IMG/VR virus record: IMGVR_UViG_3300014201_000016
Location: 1-38,734 of that record
DNA length: 38,734 nt
Origin: a virus
Lineage: Duplodnaviria > Caudoviricetes
Strand: one strand, 5' to 3'
Part shown: positions 18,406 through 27,911 of the stretch, in pieces
Layout of the letters: each line of letters begins with the position of its first letter
Position numbering within the stretch: the first letter of the stretch is position 1
Notes under the pieces: model-generated
Databases searched by the model: none
What the model saw: the letters and a program-made list of their open reading frames with translations, nothing else
Told to the model about the DNA's origin: nothing
Translations under genes and position numbers: made by a program

Positions 18406-19911
18406 TCAGTACACGCTCGGATAAGCAGTATTCACAATCGGATTAGCCTGGATTGCAGGAATAACAGAACTCGCCCAATCAGCCGCGGAAACCCCGTTGT
18501 CAGAGCCAAATCCAGGCCCCATCATCCACCAATAAGCATGACCCGCGTTGTATTGGGTGTTCAGTGCCACACAGATATCCGAGGGCGTAAAGTTCGTCGG
18601 ATAGGGGGAACCTGCACCGGCCCCGGTCATATCCAAAGGCTCAATGTCCATCGAGAGTGATGAATAGGTCATCGGTGCCGGACTTATCGATGGCCAGTTA
18701 TTATTTCCCGGAACACTCAGGTTAAAAGCTGTCTGAATCGCTTGACTTGCGAGTCCGGGCATGAAAGCACATGTCGCTGTAGTGGGGGACCCAGTCAGCG
18801 CTCCGGTCCAGGTCGCGGTATTGCTCCCGTAGGTAAAGTTAACCGACCTGGTTTCACCATCATTGAATAGCACATTGAGGGTCGCTGAATTATTATTCGC
18901 AGTCCAATTTCCTCCCGAAGTGCACCACGAATTTCCGGTTAAGGTCAATGAAGTCGAACTGATCGAGCCAATTGGAAGCGTTTGGTAGTTGGTCTGAAAA
19001 GAGCTATTTCCCGCCGTATCAGAGCAACCGACCAGTACACCGTTCTGAAAACACCATTGCGTGAGATTGGATTGACTGATTCCTCCAAATCCATTCTCGA
19101 CCTGGACGTTGGTATGTAGAAACACACTCTTGCAATAGGCATAAAGAGATTGCATGGCATTACAGAACGCCGATCCATTCCCCAGGGTCGTTCCCGAATA
19201 TCCACCCAGAGTATCGGTCGAAATGATGGAGAAGGTCTCAAAATAAGGATTGTTATCGTATGCAGCAGCAAGAGCTGCTATCAGATTCTGTAGCGCGCTC
19301 ATGACGTTAGCATTGAGGAAGTTGGGGACTATTCCTCCGCCCTCTCCGGCCGATACTCCGTAAGGAGGGTTACCGGAGATCCCGGAACTTCCCATATCAG
19401 CATTTCCGTAACTGGAATTACTCAATATCCAGTTAGGAATATAGTTTCCAGCACTACTCCCAGACTGCCCGTTTAGATAGAGCATGAGTCGAAAGTATTT
19501 CCCTAACCCCTGACACTGGGCGAGACAGTTATCCAAATCAGTGATCGTTCCCTGCCCTGAGATCAGGGAGGTATTACCATTGAAGTTGTAGACTCCGGGA
19601 GTCGTCTGACTGACGAGATACCCCCACCAGACACCCAGTCCGATCCCTGTAACTCCAGAATACTGGATGCCGGTGTTTGCTCCAGTCCCGAAATAAGGCG
19701 AGATTACTGGCCATGCGTAAAACCCGCTTCCCGTGTTATTTGTGAAGCGGTGAATGGGGGTATAGATCATCCCATAGTGGCCTGGTTTCCACTTGACTAA
19801 GGAACTGCCTCCAGTCGTCAATGTTGCGGCCGGAGCCTCACAGGAGAATAAACCCCTGGAGCTTTGTACTTGATCCGGTCCTTGAGCGAACCCAATGGAA
19901 ATCCCGCTCAT
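18406..19911 (-). CDS. glycoside-hydrolase-like (TIM-barrel) protein
   Basis: KWKPGHY...WGYL....PGVYNF...LD..L...GK...L...P.W...ALAAAYDNNPYFE, resembling the N-terminal half of clan GH-A enzymes. Confidence 0.6.
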   Translation of the reverse strand: MSGISIGFAQGPDQVQSSRGLFSCEAPAATLTTGGSSLVKWKPGHYGMIYTPIHRFTNNTGSGFYAWPVISPYFGTGANTGIQYSGVTGIGLGVWWGYLVSQTTPGVYNFNGNTSLISGQGTITDLDNCLAQCQGLGKYFRLMLYLNGQSGSSAGNYIPNWILSNSSYGNADMGSSGISGNPPYGVSAGEGGGIVPNFLNANVMSALQNLIAALAAAYDNNPYFETFSIISTDTLGGYSGTTLGNGSAFCNAMQSLYAYCKSVFLHTNVQVENGFGGISQSNLTQWCFQNGVLVGCSDTAGNSSFQTNYQTLPIGSISSTSLTLTGNSWCTSGGNWTANNNSATLNVLFNDGETRSVNFTYGSNTATWTGALTGSPTTATCAFMPGLASQAIQTAFNLSVPGNNNWPSISPAPMTYSSLSMDIEPLDMTGAGAGSPYPTNFTPSDICVALNTQYNAGHAYWWMMGPGFGSDNGVSAADWASSVIPAIQANPIVNTAYPSVY

Positions 19912-20333
19912 GCAAGCTGCAATACACCGTTGGTCGCATCCAGGGTCACGGTAAAGGTATTACCAGAGGATAAATTGACTTCCGACCCATAATCCCAGTA
20001 TCCGACTAGATATTTATTTGCTGGCGTGGAGTCATAAATCACCACATAACGAAACTGAGCTATAGCCCCACCAGAAGCCGTCCAAGTAGGATTGGGAGCA
20101 CTTGCAATATATTTGTAAGTGCCTCCGCTCTGAGTTGAGGATGTCAGGGTAAGGGTAGCACCTCCAGTCGTGTACCCATTACCGTTAGCTATCTCTGAGA
20201 TACTGGAGAACTGGCTAAAGGTATTTGTGGGTGCAGAATCTGTTAGCGCAACTTTGAAAGTATCGGAACCGAAGTTAAATAAAGCATTCGCGAGATTTGC
20301 TACAAAAGGCTGGAACTTATTAAAAGAAGCAAT
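19908..20333 (-). CDS. virion structural protein, ATT start (141 aa, not in ORF track)
   Basis: (M)ASFNKFQPFVANLANALFNFGSDTFKVALTDSAP...FRYVVIYD...LVGYWDYGS...GVLQLA*; AGGAGG at 20349-20344; ATGA overlap with the next gene. Confidence 0.8.
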   Translation of the reverse strand: MASFNKFQPFVANLANALFNFGSDTFKVALTDSAPTNTFSQFSSISEIANGNGYTTGGATLTLTSSTQSGGTYKYIASAPNPTWTASGGAIAQFRYVVIYDSTPANKYLVGYWDYGSEVNLSSGNTFTVTLDATNGVLQLA

Positions 20334-20441
20334 TTTCCGAATTCCTCCTAGCTGAACCTATTATGTTTGCGAAGATTGTGTTCAGCTGGCACAACTTGCA
20401 AATTAAATGGAACATGTAGACCAGATACAGTCTTTCTAATT

Positions 20442-20783
20442 TTACTCCACCAACAATGTAATGACGTCACCACCGGTCCCTAGAGCCGTGGCATCAGCAT
20501 CTCCAGCCGCACCACTCACCATGTAATACATCGGACCCAACTGCACTAACGTTCTCTGGAGTATCAATCCCACAAAGGTCGTGGAGATCGGAATCGTAAA
20601 GATAGGACCCGTTGGAGCAATACCTGCGGTCGGAGCGTTATTCTGGTTACCCTTCCAAGTAATCCTTATGTAGTAAGTGGCTGCTTCTGCATTACTTGCT
20701 ACCACCCCACAAAATTCGGAGAAGCTCCCGATTTGAGTCCAGGTTGGAGTTGAGGTCCCAGTAGTGAAGTGAATGGGAACCAT
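20442..20783 (-). CDS. hypothetical virion protein
   Basis: 113-aa beta-rich ORF in the structural operon. Confidence 0.65.
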   Translation of the reverse strand: MVPIHFTTGTSTPTWTQIGSFSEFCGVVASNAEAATYYIRITWKGNQNNAPTAGIAPTGPIFTIPISTTFVGLILQRTLVQLGPMYYMVSGAAGDADATALGTGGDVITLLVE

Positions 20784-20787
20784 GGAT

Positions 20788-21132
20788 TTACTCTAAGGCA
20801 CCAGGCAGACTGGTATAGGGCAAAACATCGCAGCGCACGAGTTCCAGAATAATGGCTTGAGCTGCATTACCCGTCAGGTTGCCTGTCGTGCCATTGAACC
20901 AGGTAAAGGTCAGTACATTGGGAGTCGCACAATAACAATTGGTGATGAATAGCCCAGAGACTCCAGTACCCTGGACACTCCAGTCGAAGTAATCACCCGG
21001 AAGTACACCGTTTACCGTAACCGTCTGGTTGGCTGAAACCTGTGTATTGACGTTGGGAACCGGGACTGAAGGCAAGTAGAGCATGGTATCGATAATTTCG
21101 TTCCCACGAGAGATCTGAGTTGCACCTGGCAT
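20788..21132 (-). CDS. capsid decoration-like protein
   Basis: Directly after the capsid gene, GGAG RBS, QTVTVNGVLPGD motif. Confidence 0.65.
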   Translation of the reverse strand: MPGATQISRGNEIIDTMLYLPSVPVPNVNTQVSANQTVTVNGVLPGDYFDWSVQGTGVSGLFITNCYCATPNVLTFTWFNGTTGNLTGNAAQAIILELVRCDVLPYTSLPGALE

Positions 21133-21141
21133 AAGTACTCC

Positions 21142-21167
21142 AAAAGAAGGGCCTCCGAAGAGGCCCT
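21142..21167 (-). terminator. intrinsic terminator after the capsid gene
   Basis: Minus strand GGGCCTC-TTCG-GAGGCCC-TTCTTTT; preceded by a TGCCC-GTAA-GGGCA hairpin (21174-21187). Confidence 0.85.
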
Positions 21168-21194
21168 ATAAATTGCCCTTACGGGCAGAGGGAA

Positions 21195-22764
21195 TTAACC
21201 GTAGATGCGCAGTCCCAGTGATCGGTACAACGACGCTGGTCCATAGAGCACATCTGCCCTAGTCGGCTCAGAATCGTTATTGACCGTGTACTGGGTGACC
21301 ATGCGGATACTCATGCCGACGTCCTCATCGTCATAAGCACGAGCAGCCATCTCTACTCCTCGCGGGAGAGGAAGATCGGCAAAGGCCAACGCAAAGGCGT
21401 ACTTGTGGAATACTAGCCCTTGAGGGGTAACGGTTCCTTGAGTAGCCGAATTGTTGAACACAATGGCCGAACCGCTCACCGGAGCAGTGGTAACGTTCTG
21501 GAACTGACCGCCTGAGATAATCGCTTCCCCGATATTGAGCGTGCAATAGCCGTTAGAGTCTGAGGTATATACCCCAGTAGCGTTATTGAACGTTCCGTTG
21601 GGAAGGGTCGTCGGTGAGAAGTAGATTCCAGAGGTCGCAGCACCGTTCGGAGGAGTCCCGAAACCACCCGGGGGAAGGACTACGAACTGCTTCAAGGTCC
21701 GACCATATTGTCTGCGGTTCTGAGGATTGACCGGATAGACGGTGGCTATGGTAAAGATATCTCCAACGGTACAAACCGGTGAAGTAGCAGTGAAGCCCTG
21801 GACCGTCAAAGTTCCAGAAGCTGCCCAGCCCGTCGACAGAAGGGCACTGTTCGAATAGCCCGAAGTGGAAAGAGTCGCAAAACTCGCTGCCGTACCCGTA
21901 TTAGTACCAGTGGTAAAGGACAGAATATTCTGATCCTCCCACCAGTCCAAACCAGCATATTCCTTTGTTACGAGACCCTTCTCGTTGAATTCACTGATTC
22001 TCGCTTGAGGGTTAAACAATCCCTTCTGAGCATCCGTCACCGCAGACATGGTGATGGGATCAAGAACGCAGTTCTTCTCACCCTCAGTCGGACATGACTC
22101 TAACGCCAGGATCGCTCGAGCATCCGAGAATATCTTGTAGGAGGCCGGTTGAGTTCCAGCGGTTCCAAGAGCATTCGCGGTGTTATAGGTGTAATACTGG
22201 GCAGAATCGGCATCGATTCTATTCGCGACCGTAGCAATCTGCGGCTTCAGAATCCTCTTCTTGAACATATCCATGCTCAAGGCCAAATCCTGGGTCGTGA
22301 ACTGCACGTCCACGTGGTACTGATAATTCAGTACTACGGGAACATAGGTCTCGAAAGTGTCCTCGACATTCAGAGGAGGACCGTAAGTGCCGATGTAACG
22401 TGGGGGGCGTCGGATATTAACAGTGTTGCCGACCTTAGCGCCGGTCTGGGCAAACTCATTGCTATCAAGTTGTTACTGCCATCTCTGGCGGAGAGACCGC
22501 TTCGGGTCCCTCTCTGCACCTTCATCTATCCGTGCAGGTCAGACTATCGCTTGCCTTTTAAGGCCCCTCTCACTTAGTCGTTCAGGCTGCCTTGCGGCTT
22601 GCCCCTTGTTGCCCCATCGGGTTTCCAAGTCAATCAGAGAGGGTTTAACGTCAGCAGCTATGGGTTTACTGACGCTCCACACGATTCGCGATCACTAATT
22701 CGTTCTCTAGTACTACTAGAGCCTCATTAGTGATGTAACTCATCGTGAGAAGTTGTTGAGTCAT
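21195..22764 (-). CDS. major capsid protein, P22 gp5-like; spliced: exon 1 22764-22668, exon 2 22465-21195 (455 aa)
   Basis: Joined exons read MTQQLLTMSYITNEALVVLENELVIANRVERQ-Y-SNEFAQTGAKVGNTVNIRRPPRY..., ending ...FHKYAFALAFADLPLP...RADVLYG. Confidence 0.92.
22466..22667 (-). ncRNA. group I self-splicing intron, 202 nt, no ORF
   Basis: 5' exon ends in U and intron ends in G; P1 CGUCAGU/GCUGACG with U-G at the splice site; P3 CCCUCUC/GAGAGGG; P7 GACUA/UAGUC; P6a GCC-GCAA-GGC; P8 GCCU-UAAA-AGGC; three P9 hairpins; removal restores the frame. Confidence 0.93.
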
Positions 22765-22773
22765 ATCAATACC

Positions 22774-22998
22774 TTACGAGTGTATGTTGATGTTACTTGA
22801 ATGGCGCTTGCCGGACAAGATCATGCAGATCATTGAATCCGATACGCCTAACCAATCACCGATCACTCGCTGAGTACAGCCTGCAGCGCGCAGGTCACGG
22901 ATACGCTCGACGTCAGTCGCATTGAGGATTTGCGCCCTAGTACCTTGATGACACGCATGGCGCCTTTTGCGTATCATATCTTCTGAATTGTCGCTATT
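22774..22998 (-). pseudogene. C-terminal remnant of an HNH homing endonuclease (HTH tail)
   Basis: ...DNSEDMIRKRRHA...LNATDVERIRDLRAAGCTQRVIGDWLGVSDSMICMILSGK: end of an HNH domain plus DNA-binding tail, catalytic part missing. Confidence 0.65.
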
Positions 22999-23952
22999 TT
23001 AATGCTTTTTGCGCTTCGCTCGCTCGTAGTCTCTCAATTCCCTAAAGGACATCTTGGAAGGGTCAGTATTGACCGTTCCGGTTCCAGTAGAGGAAAGGGG
23101 AGTGATCGGAGGCGGTGCTCCACCACGCTCGACTACCTTCGGAGGTTCCGGCTCTTTGACCGGGGGTTTCTCAAAGGTGAGCTCGAGCTTGCCGATTTCA
23201 GCTATCGCTTTGATCGGCGGTAGTTTCGAGATGCGATCCACTGTCTCAGGATGAGTCGCTAGGTGATAGCTCACATCCGGACCATATTCACTCTCGGTGA
23301 TGTATTGAAGCACCGCATTAGGTAACCAAGCTTCACTCTTGCCGATGGCTTCGTGAAAGTCTGGATACTTCTTAACCGCAGCATCGACCCTGGACTTGAA
23401 TTGGGATTCAATCCGGGTCTTCTCTTGCTGCTCCCTTTCCTGTGCTTGACGCACCCGCTCATCTGCTACAGCCTTCTTCGCTGCAAAGTCCGCTGACGCT
23501 TCGGTAAAGTCAGTCCATCTGACTTGTCCCTTATCGTCCGTGAAATCCTTAATATCAGGTTTCTTTAACTCGGGTTCTTTCGGAGGAACCTTTTTAGCTT
23601 CTGTCAGCTCCTTTTCCAGAGCTGAAGCTCGCTCCTCAGCCAATCTTGCACGATCGTACTGATTCTTGGCGAAAGCTTCAGCATCAGCCTGAGCCTCTTG
23701 GGCTTCTTTCATCTGGCGATGCTTTTTGTTGATCTTCTTGCGGACATGTTCGGTCAGATCAATATCGTCAGGCTCTAAACCTTCGTCCTCAGCAGGGATC
23801 GGAGGTGGTAGTGGAGCAGGAGTCTCAGCCTTTTCCTGTGGAGGAGGTGCAGCTTTTTCTGCAGGCTTGATCTCTGGCTTATCAGGTAGTGTTTCATGCT
23901 TGCCACTCTCGATAAACTCCTGAAGTCCTGCTCCCGTAATTACCTTGGCCAT
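22999..23952 (-). CDS. scaffolding protein
   Basis: Charged coiled-coil protein, KYPDF...ESEYGPDVSYHLA.HP...EIGKLE, basic C-terminus; start ATG 23952 overlaps the upstream TAA. Confidence 0.85.
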   Translation of the reverse strand: MAKVITGAGLQEFIESGKHETLPDKPEIKPAEKAAPPPQEKAETPAPLPPPIPAEDEGLEPDDIDLTEHVRKKINKKHRQMKEAQEAQADAEAFAKNQYDRARLAEERASALEKELTEAKKVPPKEPELKKPDIKDFTDDKGQVRWTDFTEASADFAAKKAVADERVRQAQEREQQEKTRIESQFKSRVDAAVKKYPDFHEAIGKSEAWLPNAVLQYITESEYGPDVSYHLATHPETVDRISKLPPIKAIAEIGKLELTFEKPPVKEPEPPKVVERGGAPPPITPLSSTGTGTVNTDPSKMSFRELRDYERAKRKKH

Positions 23953-24524
23953 TATTTCCTCACCCAAGTAGCCGAGATATCGAATACTGCGTCCTTGTAA
24001 AACTGAATCGCAAAAGTCTGTCGCTCCTGGTTCTTCGATTGGAACTCAGGATGCAACGTATAACCCCAAGTGCATTCGAAGTTGCAGCTATATCCTTCAG
24101 GATTCCATTGGATATCATTGTCTGGAGCGTTCTCATCCCGCCATTTCTTGGAGAGATAGTAGAACCACATCTCAGACACCGGAGGCCATTGGTGGGTGAA
24201 ATCCCCATAAGCTCGGTTGGAAGCCCAATATGGCGTGATGACATAGGCCTTAGCCTCCTTCTGCATCACTCGGTGCATCTCATTGACGACTTTCACCCTC
24301 TGAGGTCCGGTGAAGTGCTCCATCGCATGAGACATGTGGACTTCTGCCACCGATTCATCTTCCCACGGCCATCTTTCAGTGAGATCACAGATTACGTCTA
24401 CTCCGGGGAAAGAGCGTCTATCGACTCCCGTGTAGCCTTCCTTTTTGTTCTTCCCGCAGCCCAAATCCAATCTCGTGATAGACTGCGGTTCAACCAATTT
24501 CAATGCTGAGCGACGTTTAGCCAT
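23952..24524 (-). CDS. class I SAM-dependent methyltransferase
   Basis: RLDLGCG motif I, D.VICDL...WPW.D.SV..V...H..EH, EMHRVM, DFTH. Confidence 0.88.
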   Translation of the reverse strand: MAKRRSALKLVEPQSITRLDLGCGKNKKEGYTGVDRRSFPGVDVICDLTERWPWEDESVAEVHMSHAMEHFTGPQRVKVVNEMHRVMQKEAKAYVITPYWASNRAYGDFTHQWPPVSEMWFYYLSKKWRDENAPDNDIQWNPEGYSCNFECTWGYTLHPEFQSKNQERQTFAIQFYKDAVFDISATWVRK

Positions 24525-24924
24525 GCCAATACTCCGAGTATGTAAAACCTGCGGACAGTCTTATTCTGCTCCGCCCTCTCAAAAACTCTTTTTCTGCTCT
24601 AATGCCTGCTACCACGTTGCCAAGAAAGGGGCAGGTAACCCCAAGTGGCGGGGCGGCAATTTCATCTGCGATGGTTACCGCTATATCTATGCCCCCGATC
24701 ATCCCAACGCGATCAAAGCTGGTTATATCGTGGAGCACAGACTAAATATGGAAAGGAAACTCAAGCGCCTTCTAACCACCAAAGAAGTCGTTCATCACAT
24801 CGATGGCAACAGACTCAATAATTCCATCGACAATCTCGTTCTCTGCCAATCCACTGGTCATCATTTCATTACCGAGCATCTATCAGAAAGAGACAACAAA
24901 GGCCGATTCTATCGTACTAAATAA
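24523..24924 (+). CDS. free-standing HNH endonuclease with N-terminal zinc finger
   Basis: CKTC...FCSNAC, NPKWRGG, EHRL.ME..L.R.L...EVVHHIDGNRLNNSIDNL. Confidence 0.88.
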   Translation: MPILRVCKTCGQSYSAPPSQKLFFCSNACYHVAKKGAGNPKWRGGNFICDGYRYIYAPDHPNAIKAGYIVEHRLNMERKLKRLLTTKEVVHHIDGNRLNNSIDNLVLCQSTGHHFITEHLSERDNKGRFYRTK

Positions 24925-24934
24925 TGTCGTTTCC

Positions 24935-25675
24935 CTACCACATAGTATCTTCGGGTCCGAAGGCACCTTCGAGGTCATGATGGCCCACTTTCACGCTGCA
25001 ATCGATCGCACATCGATAGCCGTATTTTCTAGCCTCGGACCAGAATGCTAAATCTTGTGTCCCCACACCTTTGTTATCGATTCCTGTATGAGTCTTGAAC
25101 CAAGGCTTGGCTAATCTCTTGTCGGTGAACATCTTCAGCCGCCAGAGATTGAAACCCATTCCAGTTCCATAGCACTCCACCAATCCACCTTTGGGATCGG
25201 GAGGCTGAGGTCTGTAGTTCAGGACCGGATCAGAGATATCTCCCCAAATCTGCGCGCATCCGCCTTCGCCTTTAGTGAAGTAGAGCCCTCCGATACAAGC
25301 ATATTCGGGATGCAATTCCATTTCATCGACTAATTTCACGACTCCATGACTCGGAGGAGCGTTGTCGTGTTCGACCGTCAAGATATATTCCCATTTCTTC
25401 AGCTCATCATTAGCCAAGATGTTCTCTATGGCTGTGGAATAAGCGTCTCCGACTTCCATACCCTGGGCGAGAATCTTCACTACTCCGTTATTCGGAGGGA
25501 AAGCTAGATTCCACCAGGAAAGCATGCATTTCGCTGATACTTTCTCAGCGGCAGGCAAGATTACGATAATCCTCTGTTTCTTCCACGAGGAGCCTTTGAG
25601 AAGCCTGGCTGTGGTCTTCTCAGGCTCTGCATTGTGCTTACCGCCGAAATCCGCCATGACGAACTGTGGTTTCAT
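24935..25675 (-). CDS. GT-A fold (GT2-like) glycosyltransferase
   Basis: YILTVEHD (DxD-like), IGGLYF, GTGMGF.L, PWF, TQDLAF...AR..GY....D..VKVGH. Confidence 0.8.
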   Translation of the reverse strand: MKPQFVMADFGGKHNAEPEKTTARLLKGSSWKKQRIIVILPAAEKVSAKCMLSWWNLAFPPNNGVVKILAQGMEVGDAYSTAIENILANDELKKWEYILTVEHDNAPPSHGVVKLVDEMELHPEYACIGGLYFTKGEGGCAQIWGDISDPVLNYRPQPPDPKGGLVECYGTGMGFNLWRLKMFTDKRLAKPWFKTHTGIDNKGVGTQDLAFWSEARKYGYRCAIDCSVKVGHHDLEGAFGPEDTMW

Positions 25676-25676
25676 C

Positions 25677-26351
25677 TTAAGTCCATAACCAAGTTGTTGC
25701 CCCAGCTACACTCGGTGCATCAAAGATAGCGGCAAACGCCATTAACTTACAGACGCTATTACCAGTAACACTAGACCCCACATTTTGGGTTCCAGTGGAA
25801 CTGAGAATTTCATGCGATGACAATCCTGGAGTCGTACCATCGACCAATCCAGTCCAACCGCTAATATCTGCAGTGCCAGTGGTCGCAGACAATGTTTCTC
25901 CACTAACGCTATTACAGTCATAAACCAATGCACTGATAATTGATGGTTGATTACTATTACTAGGAGAAACAGAGATAGATGTAGTACCAGTGGCTGCTTG
26001 AGCTGATGCATGCCCATCAAGTGGATTAATCGCCGCTCCACCAATCTCTCTAACCCATATTCCGACCTGACTGATCGAAGAAGAAAAAGTTACAGTAATT
26101 GTTGTCGATCCACTCGCGCAATTAGGAGCATAACCATGTGCTGCACTATCACCTTGATCACTATTATATTGAGTATCCAACGTCGTCCAGGTATTTACCC
26201 CATCGGAAAAGGTAAATGTGATATTCCCTAAACCAGTAGCAAAAGCATGCAAAGCACTGCCATTAGCTACATTGTTGGGAAGAGTAACTTGGATGCTTCC
26301 ATGATTACCCTCGTTATTAGAAGTCTGGGCCTCTTGCAAGACACTGAGCAT
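25677..26351 (-). CDS. Ser/Thr-rich virion protein
   Basis: Beta-rich; resembles the N-terminal half of 17217-18398. Confidence 0.65.
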   Translation of the reverse strand: MLSVLQEAQTSNNEGNHGSIQVTLPNNVANGSALHAFATGLGNITFTFSDGVNTWTTLDTQYNSDQGDSAAHGYAPNCASGSTTITVTFSSSISQVGIWVREIGGAAINPLDGHASAQAATGTTSISVSPSNSNQPSIISALVYDCNSVSGETLSATTGTADISGWTGLVDGTTPGLSSHEILSSTGTQNVGSSVTGNSVCKLMAFAAIFDAPSVAGATTWLWT

Positions 26352-27911
26352 CTAAGCCGTCACATTCACAAACACAACCGGAGCATAGTAATCCACTGCA
26401 TTTCCGCCCGATCCCGCACCAGATATCTGCGTTAAACCTATAGAACCAGGTAGAGCAGCTGAGGTCACCGAGAAGAATCCCTGTCCGGGAACAAACTGCA
26501 TACTGTTGACTTGCGTCTGTCCGATGAGACCTTGCAATTGGGGACCAGGCCCTAACGGTACAACAACATTGCTCAAACTCGCAGCATTGGTGTTCGTAAA
26601 GGTCGTGTTCGTCATCACACCGACGAATAGATCATATCCACCGGTATAGTTCACATTAATCGGTGCTGAAAAGCGTCTCATCCCGGAAATCGAAGCCGCT
26701 GAGTTATTACTCGAGTTGGTCCACTGATACGACTGAGAGCCACTGCTTGCAAGACTCAAGGTCGAACCATTGAGAGAATACAGCCCGACATAAAGGCTCA
26801 AAGCCTCAGCATCTGAAGACAATGCAATGGTGGACAAGGAGACTGAAGCGAAGATATCCGCTCTCGTAGCAGTGAACGGAAAAGCACCGGGTGCAGGATA
26901 AACCTGCACGCTTCCAAGACCATTCTGCGTCACCGTCGTATTGAGCGACGGAATCGGCTGAAAGAACGACAGTTGAACTAATTGAGCACCAATGGAGATC
27001 GTGCTCGCATTGACTGCGACTGAGACTAACCCTGTCCCCGAAAGCGATGAGGTCACAGGAACCGACAGTTGCACGCTGCCGTTACTGAATCCGACGGTCA
27101 TCGCTCCCAGACCATCGAAACTCACGGTTCGTGCATCAAGAGTCGTAGAGCTATTTTGAGTAGTGTTGCCTACTCCGTAGAGTCCTACGGTTTGATTGGT
27201 CTGGGTCGGAACTGTATAGGAAGCGGTAATACTCGCCGCGGAAGCTCCAGTGGACACTCCAAAGGTCAAGCCATTGGAGTTCTGAAAGGTCATTCCCGTG
27301 ACGGTATTACTATTCCCTGCTCCCCCTGAAACAGCTAGCGCTGAGATCAATCCAGCTGTTACAGGAACGGTATAGGAGCCCGTAACGGTGACGACAGAGG
27401 CTCCAGTTGAAACCCCAAAAGTAAGTCCGTTGGAGTTCGAGAACGTGATACCAGAGACTTTGCTCTGACTGTTCCCAGCTCCTCCCGAGACATTCAGCCC
27501 AGAAATCAATCCTGCGGTGACAGGAACCGTATAAGAAGCTGAGATTCCATTAGCCCCGGAGGAGCCAAAGCTCACTCCATTGGCATTCTGGAAAGTCAGA
27601 GTTCCCGAGGAATAACTGCTATTACTGACCGAAACCGCAACCCCACCAACTCCTGCGGCCGATGCTGTTATCGTCTGACCGTTAATCCCAAAAGTGACGC
27701 CGTTAGCATTGGAGAACTGAGCGGTCCCCGAGGTGATGGAATTGACTCCATCAAAGAGCGCAACTCCCCCTCCAGGGCCTCCACCGAGAGCTATAACAGG
27801 CCCTGTGGGCCCTATGAGGCCTGTGCCAGCGGTGTTATTCCAAGCCGCATAAGGCCCTCCTGCGACATTCCCCGTGGTCTGGGTCGCAGGTCCTGGATTG
27901 ACGGCAGTCAC
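26352..27911 (-). CDS. repeat-containing fibre-like protein
   Basis: Four F(S/Q)N(A/S)NG(V/L)(T/S)FG units and repeated SYTVP; C-terminal domain paralogous to 28341-29066. Confidence 0.75.
   Translation of the reverse strand: MTAVNPGPATQTTGNVAGGPYAAWNNTAGTGLIGPTGPVIALGGGPGGGVALFDGVNSITSGTAQFSNANGVTFGINGQTITASAAGVGGVAVSVSNSSYSSGTLTFQNANGVSFGSSGANGISASYTVPVTAGLISGLNVSGGAGNSQSKVSGITFSNSNGLTFGVSTGASVVTVTGSYTVPVTAGLISALAVSGGAGNSNTVTGMTFQNSNGLTFGVSTGASAASITASYTVPTQTNQTVGLYGVGNTTQNSSTTLDARTVSFDGLGAMTVGFSNGSVQLSVPVTSSLSGTGLVSVAVNASTISIGAQLVQLSFFQPIPSLNTTVTQNGLGSVQVYPAPGAFPFTATRADIFASVSLSTIALSSDAEALSLYVGLYSLNGSTLSLASSGSQSYQWTNSSNNSAASISGMRRFSAPINVNYTGGYDLFVGVMTNTTFTNTNAASLSNVVVPLGPGPQLQGLIGQTQVNSMQFVPGQGFFSVTSAALPGSIGLTQISGAGSGGNAVDYYAPVVFVNVTA

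Noticed and set aside
21195-22313. Capsid starting at GTG 22313 as in the ORF track
   Set aside because: The frame stays open to 22465 and the true N-terminus lies in the upstream exon; a frameshift or pseudogene would not explain the complete group I core.
22149-22698. Plus-strand ORFs over the intron as an intron-encoded protein
   Set aside because: Wrong strand and no endonuclease motifs.
23952-24524. DNA methyltransferase / restriction-modification system with the adjacent HNH
   Set aside because: No DPPY/NPPY or PC catalytic motif; the HNH looks like a free-standing homing endonuclease.
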